A DNA stretch of 31,570 bases from a virus. Taxonomy: Duplodnaviria > Caudoviricetes. Location of the stretch: the IMG/VR virus record IMGVR_UViG_3300014031_000005, positions 1 to 31,570 of that record, one strand, 5' to 3'. Below the pieces are notes generated by a model. The model was not told where the DNA came from. It worked only from the letters and a program-made list of their open reading frames with translations, and ran no database searches. Positions 24,248-31,570 of the stretch are shown piece after piece (the stretch's first letter is position 1; each line of letters opens with the position of its first letter). The translations under genes were made by a program, and so were the position numbers.

Positions 24248-24844
24248 TCAGCCGACCCGCAGGGCACGGGAGGCGCCAATGACGCCGATGACCGTTCCTG
24301 TGGACTTGGCGGTGGAAGTCGTACCGCCGAATGCGGCCGACTCGCGAGGGATCTTGCCCTTGGCCTTGGCCTTCTCATCGGCCTTGACCTTGGGGTCGTC
24401 CTCGTCGTGGTCGTCCCCGCCCTTGGCGTCAGCCGCCGCGTCGGGGTCGTCCTTGGGGTCTTCCTTGGGCGCCTTTGCGGCGATCTCGCGCAGGTCACTG
24501 AGGTAGGAGGCGAAAGCTGCCTCCTCCATGGCGGTGATGCGATCAGCTCGCTCGTCCGTCATCTCCAGGAGGTCCGTGGCATCAGCCACAGCCGCAACAC
24601 GCTCGGTGCGAAGTGCCACCCGCGCGGTCTCCTGCTCGATGCCGTCCTTGAAGTCGATCAGCTCCTGCGCTGCCTGGTCTGCGCGCTTGACCTCTGCAGC
24701 CACCTCCGCCACAAGGACGTCGTTGGCGGACTTGAGATCGGCCTCACGCCCATCAGCTGCGACCCGAAGTGCTGCGGTCTCGCGCTTGACGGCGTCATCG
24801 ACCAGTGCGTAGGCCTCACCTTCGGTGAAGGTCCGGTCTGCCAT
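24248..24844 (-). CDS. Capsid scaffolding protein
   Basis: ATG 24844 after GAGGAGG. Acidic, Ala-rich coiled coil with a low-complexity D/K segment, between protease and capsid. Confidence 0.75.
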   Translation of the reverse strand: MADRTFTEGEAYALVDDAVKRETAALRVAADGREADLKSANDVLVAEVAAEVKRADQAAQELIDFKDGIEQETARVALRTERVAAVADATDLLEMTDERADRITAMEEAAFASYLSDLREIAAKAPKEDPKDDPDAAADAKGGDDHDEDDPKVKADEKAKAKGKIPRESAAFGGTTSTAKSTGTVIGVIGASRALRVG

Positions 24845-24921
24845 CTGCCCTCCTCGGCTAGATCGCCGGGCGGAATGACCGGCTCGACAGACGGCATCGG
24901 CAGAGCGGCTAAACATCCGAG

Positions 24922-24970
24922 AACGCCCGTTAGTAGCCCCTGTTCAGAACAAGAGCCGCCAACGGGCGTT
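24922..24970 (-). terminator. Long hairpin after the protease gene, closed by two AACG-NN-CGTT sites
   Basis: Minus strand AACGCCCGTT-GGCGGCTCT-TGTTC-T-GAACA-GGGGCTACT-AACGGGCGTT pairs over ~22 bp with several G-U pairs. Confidence 0.55.
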
Positions 24971-24990
24971 GGTCAGGAAAGAGGTGTCGC

Positions 24991-26358
24991 CTACTCGGCG
25001 ACAGAAGCCAGGATCTGGGCCACGACCTGCTCGGCCTCCGAAGTGGTCATGCCACCGAAGGAGGCAGCCTGACGCTCCGCGAGCCGGGCCGCCTCCGGCA
25101 TCAGGACCCGCACCTCGGCATTGGTCCAGCCCGGCCGCACCGGTGGCACGATGATGCCGGCACCACCGAAGGTCGGGTCGACGAAGCGACGCGGCATCCC
25201 TTCCCGCATGTGATCGCAGCGAGCTTCCTGCTTCATATAGTCGGGATAGCTCAGAGTCTTGTCACACGCCAGGCAGGCGACCTCCTGGGAGACGCACTCC
25301 ATGGACGCCCAGAGCTTGCCGTTCTCGCTGGCTCGCTGGATGACGTTGGCCTCCTGCGGCCAGATGTGGGACCAGATGGCGCCGAGCATGACGATGTGGT
25401 TGCCAACGCCCGTTGCCGACGCGATCTCCTTGTCGACGTGGACCATCTCAGAGCCCGCGATGGCGCCGATGATGTGCTTCTCCTCGTGCAGCCAGTTGAT
25501 CGGCCCATGGGTCACGGTCGGCTGGCCGAGCTCGAGGTCTGCGGTAGACCAGTAGGCGGAGTTGCGGTTGGGCCGGTCAGCCTCGACGTAGCGACCGGCG
25601 ATCCACATGTAGTACGGATTGGCTTCCCGGGCCTTCTGCCACTGCGAGGCGATTTCACGCGGCAGCTGGTCGTCGTTGAACTCCGTAGTCACCGGAGCCG
25701 CGAACACCAGCCGGTGGCCGATCTCGGCGACGAACGCGGTCTGGGGGTGCTCAGAGCTCAGCGTGGCCGCCAGGCCCGAGCCATACAGCCCAGAGTTGCT
25801 GGACAGCGGCACCATGCCCGAAGGCAGGCCGAGAGCATGGATGCCGTTGGCCATGGTGCTCCCGCAGACCTGGCAAGTGATCCCGGCCGTCAGCCCCGGG
25901 GCGCTGAGCATGAAGCCATGAGCCCGGGTAGGCAGGTTCGGTGTCGACTGGTCAGCCGCGCGGGTCGACATCGGCATCTCGCGAATCGGCGTTGGCATCG
26001 AGGAGTGGCCGTGCAGACCACCGCGGGTGGGCGTGATGTGGATCTTGTCGTTGGCGTCGCGACCGCACATGGCGCACGGCGGCAGTCCCTTGGGCCACAC
26101 GAAGCCGTGAGCCCGGCTCTGCGTGCTCACCCTCGCCCGCTCCTGCTTGGGCATCGTCAGCCCATGACGAGTCGCCATCTTGTGGATGTGCTCGAGCACC
26201 GCAGAGTCGGGGTAGTGCTTGCTGTGACCACGCAGGCCCCAGGCGTTGTCCAGGTCCTCCTGCGTGCTGATCGGGTAGCTGCCGTCGGGCATCGCATTGC
26301 CCGAGCTGGCCATCTTGTCGCGCTGCTTCGCATTGAAGTCTCGAGCCTGCTCGCTCAT
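24991..26358 (-). CDS. Capsid maturation (prohead) protease with N-terminal accessory domains
   Basis: NRNSAYW...PINWLHEEKHIIG...LWASMEC...CLAC...F.GAGII..P is protease-like; it follows portal with an ATGA overlap. Confidence 0.8.
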   Translation of the reverse strand: MSEQARDFNAKQRDKMASSGNAMPDGSYPISTQEDLDNAWGLRGHSKHYPDSAVLEHIHKMATRHGLTMPKQERARVSTQSRAHGFVWPKGLPPCAMCGRDANDKIHITPTRGGLHGHSSMPTPIREMPMSTRAADQSTPNLPTRAHGFMLSAPGLTAGITCQVCGSTMANGIHALGLPSGMVPLSSNSGLYGSGLAATLSSEHPQTAFVAEIGHRLVFAAPVTTEFNDDQLPREIASQWQKAREANPYYMWIAGRYVEADRPNRNSAYWSTADLELGQPTVTHGPINWLHEEKHIIGAIAGSEMVHVDKEIASATGVGNHIVMLGAIWSHIWPQEANVIQRASENGKLWASMECVSQEVACLACDKTLSYPDYMKQEARCDHMREGMPRRFVDPTFGGAGIIVPPVRPGWTNAEVRVLMPEAARLAERQAASFGGMTTSEAEQVVAQILASVAE

Positions 26359-28052
26359 TTCGCTCCTGTCTTGGTAGCCCCAGCAGGGCTTTGCTTGGGC
26401 TTGCCGCCACCAGCGGGACGGCCACCGCGCGCACCGGCCGGAGCCTGAGCCGACGGAGCGACACCGGTGCCGGCACCCGGCTCGCTGGCACCACCGCGGG
26501 CGTCGTTGTTGCTCGGGGAGTCGAACGGCACCTGCGTCTTGAAGATGTGGTCGTACTTGACGGCCTCCAAGGCAACCCGCATGGCCTCCACCTCCTGGTC
26601 AAAGCCGAAGTAGTCCAAGAAGGACTCTCGAGACAAGTCGCCGGTCGCACGCGCCTGCGCAAGCACTTGGACAGTGCCAGGATCGGCATCCAGCTGGATA
26701 TTCGGAGGGGTGAAGGCCAGAGAGGGAGTGCCCTCGGTGAAGATTCCGGCATTCTTGGGGTGCTCTACGACGACCTTGCCAATCTGCTTCTCCAGGAACC
26801 GGCGAATCATGTGCCGACGGTTCTCCATCGACCGGGCCACAGGGCGGCTCATCGTCAACGAGTTGTCAGTGCGCTGGCCAGAGCGGGCGCCGGCGACGTT
26901 CAGGGTGTTGAGCAGCCGCGCAGCGATGCGATTGTCCAGAACCTCGTACTTGTCAACATCGAGCGTGAAGTCCGTCTTGGGCGTGATGATCTCGATATTG
27001 AGGCGATGGTCGGAGAAGATGACCGGCAGCTTCGCCAAGGTCTGGTAGTTCTCCTTGAGGTTGGTGATCTCCTCTGGATACGCCGGGGAGTCCTTATCGC
27101 CCTTCTTGACCAGCAGGATGTAGTTCGCGGCGCCGATCAGAGCAACCCGGTCGGCCTCCATCAGCTGCTGCTTGAGATCAAGCAGGCGAAACACGCTCTT
27201 CAGCCGCACGTCAGGGAAGCGCTCATAGTCAGGCTTAGTGATGCAGTGCCGGGCCACATATCGATCGTCGAGCAGCAAGAGCTGGGAGACGTCGATCTGC
27301 AACGAGGTCAGCTCCTGCAGCTCGTCACCATCACGCGGGATGTACTGACCGGTGTAGAAGCGCTCCATCAACTCGTCCTGCAGGTCACCGTTGACGATCG
27401 CGCTGTAGGCGATGGACTCCTGCCGGGTGGCCTTCCATGCCAGACGCTCCTGGCCGAACGCCAACAGGCCAACGGGGACGACCTTGACGGCATCGAGCAG
27501 GGTGACGGCACGCGGATACCAGATCTTGCGCCGGGTCTTCTTCTTGTTGCCTTTGTCCGTCTGGCCGCGGACGACGAACTCACCCTCGTCCCACCAGAAG
27601 GCCGCTACTGATGACCCATATGTGAACTCCTCTCTCCACATCTTGCGAATCAGGGAGTCGATATCCTGCTCGGCGGCCATCTGGTTGAACAGGTCTGTGG
27701 TGTCCCAATCAGAGGACTCCCACTTCATGCCCTGGAAAGCCATCCCCTCGGTGAGCTCGGCCACTGAGGCGCAGATGTCGTCGTCCTTGACCGCCGCACG
27801 GGCCGTCAGCATCTGGTTATAGACGTTGTCGTTGGAGACGTACTTGCCGCGGTCGAACAGACCCGACTGACCAGTAACAGCGCGCATGTTGTTGACCCAG
27901 CTCTGCAGCTGGTAGGCCATCTGCCTCATGCCCTTGTCGATGTTCGGGACGTCAGCGGCGCCGGCGTTGGGCCCATAGACGACGTTGACCTGCTCGGTGA
28001 GCCGCTCCCCAGGGATGTCAGCGGTGGGAGTGCCAACCTCGCGGTCGCTCAT
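26355..28052 (-). CDS. Portal protein
   Basis: 565 aa after terminase. Helical, with a WREEFTYGSSV motif and a disordered Gly/Pro C-tail (GGRPAGGG) typical of portals. Confidence 0.85.
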   Translation of the reverse strand: MSDREVGTPTADIPGERLTEQVNVVYGPNAGAADVPNIDKGMRQMAYQLQSWVNNMRAVTGQSGLFDRGKYVSNDNVYNQMLTARAAVKDDDICASVAELTEGMAFQGMKWESSDWDTTDLFNQMAAEQDIDSLIRKMWREEFTYGSSVAAFWWDEGEFVVRGQTDKGNKKKTRRKIWYPRAVTLLDAVKVVPVGLLAFGQERLAWKATRQESIAYSAIVNGDLQDELMERFYTGQYIPRDGDELQELTSLQIDVSQLLLLDDRYVARHCITKPDYERFPDVRLKSVFRLLDLKQQLMEADRVALIGAANYILLVKKGDKDSPAYPEEITNLKENYQTLAKLPVIFSDHRLNIEIITPKTDFTLDVDKYEVLDNRIAARLLNTLNVAGARSGQRTDNSLTMSRPVARSMENRRHMIRRFLEKQIGKVVVEHPKNAGIFTEGTPSLAFTPPNIQLDADPGTVQVLAQARATGDLSRESFLDYFGFDQEVEAMRVALEAVKYDHIFKTQVPFDSPSNNDARGGASEPGAGTGVAPSAQAPAGARGGRPAGGGKPKQSPAGATKTGAK

Positions 28053-28498
28053 GCGCCTGTCCGGTTCAGGTCAAGATCCTGGCGCGACATAGCAATGCGG
28101 GACTGGTTCATCCTGAATTGCCGATCTATCTCCTCAATCACCGGAGTGACCTGCTGCGTGCGAAGTTGCGTGTACTGCCTGTCGTAAGACTCGAGAATGC
28201 GCAGCTCGGTCCACATCTCCGTCAGCCGTGCTGAGTACGCCGATGCCTCCCGAATCACCTCGTCCGGCTGCTTCTCATACCAGGTGCGGATCGCCGCCTT
28301 GATGCCGGCCAGCTCCAGGAGCACCTCGGCGTGGCTGCCAATGGACGTCGGCATAGGGCGAGTCCCATTCAGGAAGGCCTCTGGGTGACTGGGGCGCAGC
28401 GGAGCCATGGAGTGAGCGAGCGCTGCCAGGAGTGCAGGGTCGGGAGCACGTTGCGAAATGTAGCCATGCTCTTCATTTCCCTCGACGAGTGCCTTCAT
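28049..28498 (-). CDS. Hypothetical helical protein between terminase and portal
   Basis: Likely start ATG 28498; 149 aa; the stop overlaps the portal ATG. Confidence 0.7.
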   Translation of the reverse strand: MKALVEGNEEHGYISQRAPDPALLAALAHSMAPLRPSHPEAFLNGTRPMPTSIGSHAEVLLELAGIKAAIRTWYEKQPDEVIREASAYSARLTEMWTELRILESYDRQYTQLRTQQVTPVIEEIDRQFRMNQSRIAMSRQDLDLNRTGA

Positions 28499-28526
28499 GT
28501 CCGGCCTTTTCGACCAGAATCCGCGA

Positions 28527-30179
28527 TTATCCGACGAAGGCGTCCAGCACAGGCCCACGCCGCTTCGGAGCCAGCGCGAGCTCAATGGCCTCAAGTTCCT
28601 TGCCCAGAATCATGACCTTTGCAGCATCCAGCGTGTGGAAGGACCCACCGCCGTAGCGCTTGCGCCGACCGCCAGAGCCGTTGGACTCCCGGCTGTAGAC
28701 GACGACCTGGCCCTGGAACTCGGTCAGCAGGTCCTTGTCATACGGCAGCTCGACCTCACCAGCGTCGACGAACTCGCGCAGCTTGTCCGTGGCGAACTCG
28801 ATGATGTTCTTCTCGATGACCGCGTCCTCTGGCGTCTCCTTGCCCACCAGCGGCCGGTCGTCGAACTCGACAGCCTTCTTCTCACTGAAGCCATACCCCT
28901 TGATGCGGTCACGGATCTTCGCATGGGTTGGATCCTTGTCCATGTGCTGCCAGACCGGCAGCCCGTTCCCGCTCTTGTCCATACTCAAAGCACGCAGGCG
29001 TAGGCCGTAGAAGTCGAAGACCTTAGCGATGACCTTCTCCTGGTCAACGGCACTGACGCGCATCAGATGAATGCGCGCCAGCAGACGCAGCACGTCGACC
29101 TCCTCGCCACCTCGCTTCTGCCGGATGACCCCGAACACCAGCAACTCGGACGGGTCATTGGTGAAACCTAGGTCCATCCCCGCCCAATACGAGGAGTACG
29201 ACTTGTGCAAATGGCTGGCCGGCAGGTTGATGAGGCTCTCGATAGGGCGACCCTCGAGCGACTCCCCCTCGATCTTGATGCAGGCATAGACGTTCTCGTT
29301 GTAGTCGGTAGCCCAGCTGGACTCATTGATGCGCACGCAGGCCATCAGGCGGGCCAGCACGAACACCTTGTCAGAGACGCTGCCGGCCTCACCGTAGATG
29401 TTCCGCTTGTAGTCAGGATTGTCGCGGCTGCCACCGTAGATGGAGATCTTCTGCTTGCGCTCTACGTCACTCCATGTCGGGCGATACATCGCCGGATACT
29501 GGTGGACGTAGAACGGCATGTCTGACTCGCCACTGGACTCGCCGGAGGTAATCCGGTGGTAGGTATCACGCACACCATTGGAGACCCCGTGGGCCCGCCA
29601 CTGGGCCCCAGGGATGCCATGCTTCATCGTCTCGATGAGCTCGATCCAGCCGGGGCCCGGGTAGTCCTGCGACTCGTCTTGCTCCAACACCAAGGGGTGA
29701 GATCCCTTGACCCCAACCCCAGTTCGCTGCGGTAGCCGGCCCATGATTCGAGACCCATTGACGAACGAGGCCTGGAACTGCGGCTGATGTCGAATACCCC
29801 CACCCTTGATGTTGGGGAGCATCTCACGCAGAAGGCGAATCGCCTTGATCTTCTCCTCGACCTTGTCCACGACAGGACTGAGGTGATTGAGCTCTGGAGC
29901 GGTGATGAGCATCTCTTGGCCGGGGAAGCTGAGCGGGAACGCGCAGGCCCGCATGATGATCCCGGCCGTCTTGCCTAGGCTGCGTGCCATCTTGTCCGCC
30001 TGGAAGGTGGCCTCATTCCAGTACAGCGCGTACTGGAAGTCCCACAGTCGGTACCTGCGATGTGCCCGGCCTGGAGTGTCATCGGTCCAGAACGCCTCCG
30101 CGAGGTCGATCCCGCTCGGGTCGTCCATCAGCGCAGCGAGATAGTGCTCCTCCTCGTCGAGAGCGAGAATCGCTGGCAT
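28527..30179 (-). CDS. terL: Terminase large subunit
   Basis: Q motif LWDFQ, Walker A ARSLGKT, Walker B VLEQDESQ, RNase H-like GMDLGFTNDP, MDKSGNG and HTLDA. Start ATG 30179 after GGAAAGG. Confidence 0.93.
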   Translation of the reverse strand: MPAILALDEEEHYLAALMDDPSGIDLAEAFWTDDTPGRAHRRYRLWDFQYALYWNEATFQADKMARSLGKTAGIIMRACAFPLSFPGQEMLITAPELNHLSPVVDKVEEKIKAIRLLREMLPNIKGGGIRHQPQFQASFVNGSRIMGRLPQRTGVGVKGSHPLVLEQDESQDYPGPGWIELIETMKHGIPGAQWRAHGVSNGVRDTYHRITSGESSGESDMPFYVHQYPAMYRPTWSDVERKQKISIYGGSRDNPDYKRNIYGEAGSVSDKVFVLARLMACVRINESSWATDYNENVYACIKIEGESLEGRPIESLINLPASHLHKSYSSYWAGMDLGFTNDPSELLVFGVIRQKRGGEEVDVLRLLARIHLMRVSAVDQEKVIAKVFDFYGLRLRALSMDKSGNGLPVWQHMDKDPTHAKIRDRIKGYGFSEKKAVEFDDRPLVGKETPEDAVIEKNIIEFATDKLREFVDAGEVELPYDKDLLTEFQGQVVVYSRESNGSGGRRKRYGGGSFHTLDAAKVMILGKELEAIELALAPKRRGPVLDAFVG

Positions 30180-30195
30180 GAGACCTTTCCGATGG

Positions 30196-30217
30196 ACACG
30201 ACGTAACAACGGGCGTT
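30196..30217. promoter_or_regulatory. Putative operator AACG-NN-CGTT(GTTACGTCGTGT) upstream of terL
   Basis: 20/22 match, in inverted orientation, to 11322-11343. The core also occurs at 21431, 24922 and 24961. Confidence 0.55.
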
Positions 30218-30227
30218 AGTAGGCCGG

Positions 30228-30557
30228 TCAGGTGCCCACCTTGTCGACGTGGCCGAGGGGCGTTTCCTTGCGTGGAACGTCCCAGACGAACTCCCCGTCA
30301 GCTCCCACCGGGAAGTGCTGACGGCAGGCGACGCAGTAGGTGGCGCCGTAGAACTTGGGGTCTCTCGCGTAGGTCTCCGAAAGGGCGATGCCCATCGTCG
30401 TGACGACGCCGCATCTCGTATGTATGTACTTGGTCCGCACCGGCCGGACGAAGCCCTTGGCCCTCTCCTCCTCGCTCAGCACGAGGTAGGTCTCCTGCAT
30501 CCCGTCTGGGCCTATGTTGCTCAACCCGGGGTCGTTGCGATCGCTTGTGATTCCCAT
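30228..30557 (-). CDS. Conserved phage hypothetical protein, probable Zn ribbon
   Basis: LSEEERAKGFVRPVR..YIH..CG...ETYARDPKFYGATYCVAC. Confidence 0.75.
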   Translation of the reverse strand: MGITSDRNDPGLSNIGPDGMQETYLVLSEEERAKGFVRPVRTKYIHTRCGVVTTMGIALSETYARDPKFYGATYCVACRQHFPVGADGEFVWDVPRKETPLGHVDKVGT

Positions 30558-30586
30558 ACCCCACGGTCGGCCCAGCCATGAGAGAT

Positions 30587-30817
30587 CTATCGGACAGCAC
30601 AGTCCTCATGGACGTAACCGAGATGCTCGATGCTGCAGATCCGCTCGCCGGAGACGAACGACCGGTCGCAGGATTCACATCGGCCGTCATATCGAGCGAA
30701 GAACGTCGCCAGGATCCTGCCATCAATCCGCTGACTCAGGGTTGGTGGCTCAGTAGGTGCATGGATCCGGCAGGCACACTGATCCACAGGGAGGTCAGAC
30801 AGGTCGCAGCGGTCCAT
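30587..30817 (-). CDS. Small Cys/His-rich Zn-binding protein
   Basis: C..CAC..H, ARYDGRCESC, HEDC; TGATG-coupled. Confidence 0.7.
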   Translation of the reverse strand: MDRCDLSDLPVDQCACRIHAPTEPPTLSQRIDGRILATFFARYDGRCESCDRSFVSGERICSIEHLGYVHEDCAVR

Positions 30818-31128
30818 CAGCCGAAGTGCAGGACCGGCCCAGCGTTCCCGCGGTTCGCCCGCTCCTCATAGAGCGCCACCTCAGCCTCCATGGCGTCAGC
30901 CTGGCTCTTGATGTAGTCGTCCTCATTCAACACGCCGTACTCGACCAGCAGCTTCACCAGAGCCCCATGAGAGACCAGCGCGGAGTTGACCCCGACCCGC
31001 AGATGCTTGGGAGTGGTGGCGTGAGGCTCTACCCCTCGAAGTAGGTCCTTCTCCATCTCGTACTTCACCCCGGTCTGCATCGCATGGCAGGCGTCGAGGT
31101 ACCTCTGCTCATCTGACTCTCTGGACAT
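30817..31128 (-). CDS. Hypothetical phage protein
   Basis: 103 aa with a GAGGAG RBS; HAMQTGV...TTPKHLRVGVNSAL. Confidence 0.75.
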   Translation of the reverse strand: MSRESDEQRYLDACHAMQTGVKYEMEKDLLRGVEPHATTPKHLRVGVNSALVSHGALVKLLVEYGVLNEDDYIKSQADAMEAEVALYEERANRGNAGPVLHFG

Positions 31129-31139
31129 CTCACTCCTCT

Positions 31140-31570
31140 TTAGCGGGATAGATTGCGAAGCATGGAGATCGACAGGTTGGGCTGATTAGCGAACACCTCG
31201 GTGACCAGATCCTGCACAACCAGTAGCCGCCACTCCACGAAGAACGCTGGATGCACTCCCGCGGCCTTGGCGATCCGCTCGAGGTCGTAGCGGGTCAGAG
31301 GGCACTGACGGCCCTTTAGGGTGCCTGCGCTGGACTGCACGAGGCGGCTCAGGCTGCGGAAGTCGATGCCGCACTTCATCGCAAAGGCTCGCAGGCTCCT
31401 GGCGCCCTTGAGCTCAGTGAAGGCGAGGTGGAACGGCTGGGTGGAGAACCGCGGGGTGATGATCGACCACAGCTCGTCGAGGTTGCCATTGATGTGCGCC
31501 TTGCGCCGGCCGCCGGCGGGGTTGGCCGTGCCCGCCCGCTTGGCCTCCTCGGACTTGTAGACCCGGTACA
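31140..31570 (-). CDS. XRE-like helix-turn-helix DNA-binding protein (5'-truncated)
   Basis: The frame stays open from 31140 to the window edge (YRVYKSEEAKRAG...ELKGARSLRAFAMKCGIDFRSLSRLV...LERIAKAAGVHPAFF), an HTH pattern. The track's 79-aa ORF is only its C-terminal part. Confidence 0.7.
   Translation of the reverse strand, partial: YRVYKSEEAKRAGTANPAGGRRKAHINGNLDELWSIITPRFSTQPFHLAFTELKGARSLRAFAMKCGIDFRSLSRLVQSSAGTLKGRQCPLTRYDLERIAKAAGVHPAFFVEWRLLVVQDLVTEVFANQPNLSISMLRNLSR

Noticed and set aside
28527-30179. Intein or intron in terminase
   Set aside because: Normal length, continuous frame and no intein splice motifs seen.

Overview
This is the morphogenesis region of a GC-rich tailed dsDNA phage or prophage. 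It is siphovirus-like and probably infects an actinobacterium (inferred from GC content, a DUF1906/Rv2525c-type endolysin and apparent leaderless genes). All credible genes lie on the minus strand. In transcription order (right to left): HTH protein (partial), three small hypotheticals, terminase large subunit, hypothetical, portal, prohead protease, scaffold, capsid decoration protein, major capsid, small basic protein, endolysin, an accessory block (including a frameshifted 4xHTH-HNH nuclease and a polysaccharide-deacetylase/fibre protein), head-tail connector genes, GIY-YIG homing endonuclease, major tail protein, a 21-aa membrane micro-ORF, tail assembly chaperone with a probable non-canonical -1 frameshift, 1554-aa tape measure, minor tail proteins, two Dit-like paralogues and a baseplate hub that runs off the left edge. 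I found no complete new multi-gene system. The most interesting signals are: a recurring (C/T)CGA-N9-11-ATG leaderless promoter motif, an AACG-NN-CGTT palindrome in five intergenic sites, a ~58-bp direct repeat bracketing the HNH cassette, the CE4 deacetylase-fibre chimera and a synonymous AT-rich codon patch in the capsid gene. All product calls come from motif reading and gene order; no database searches were run.
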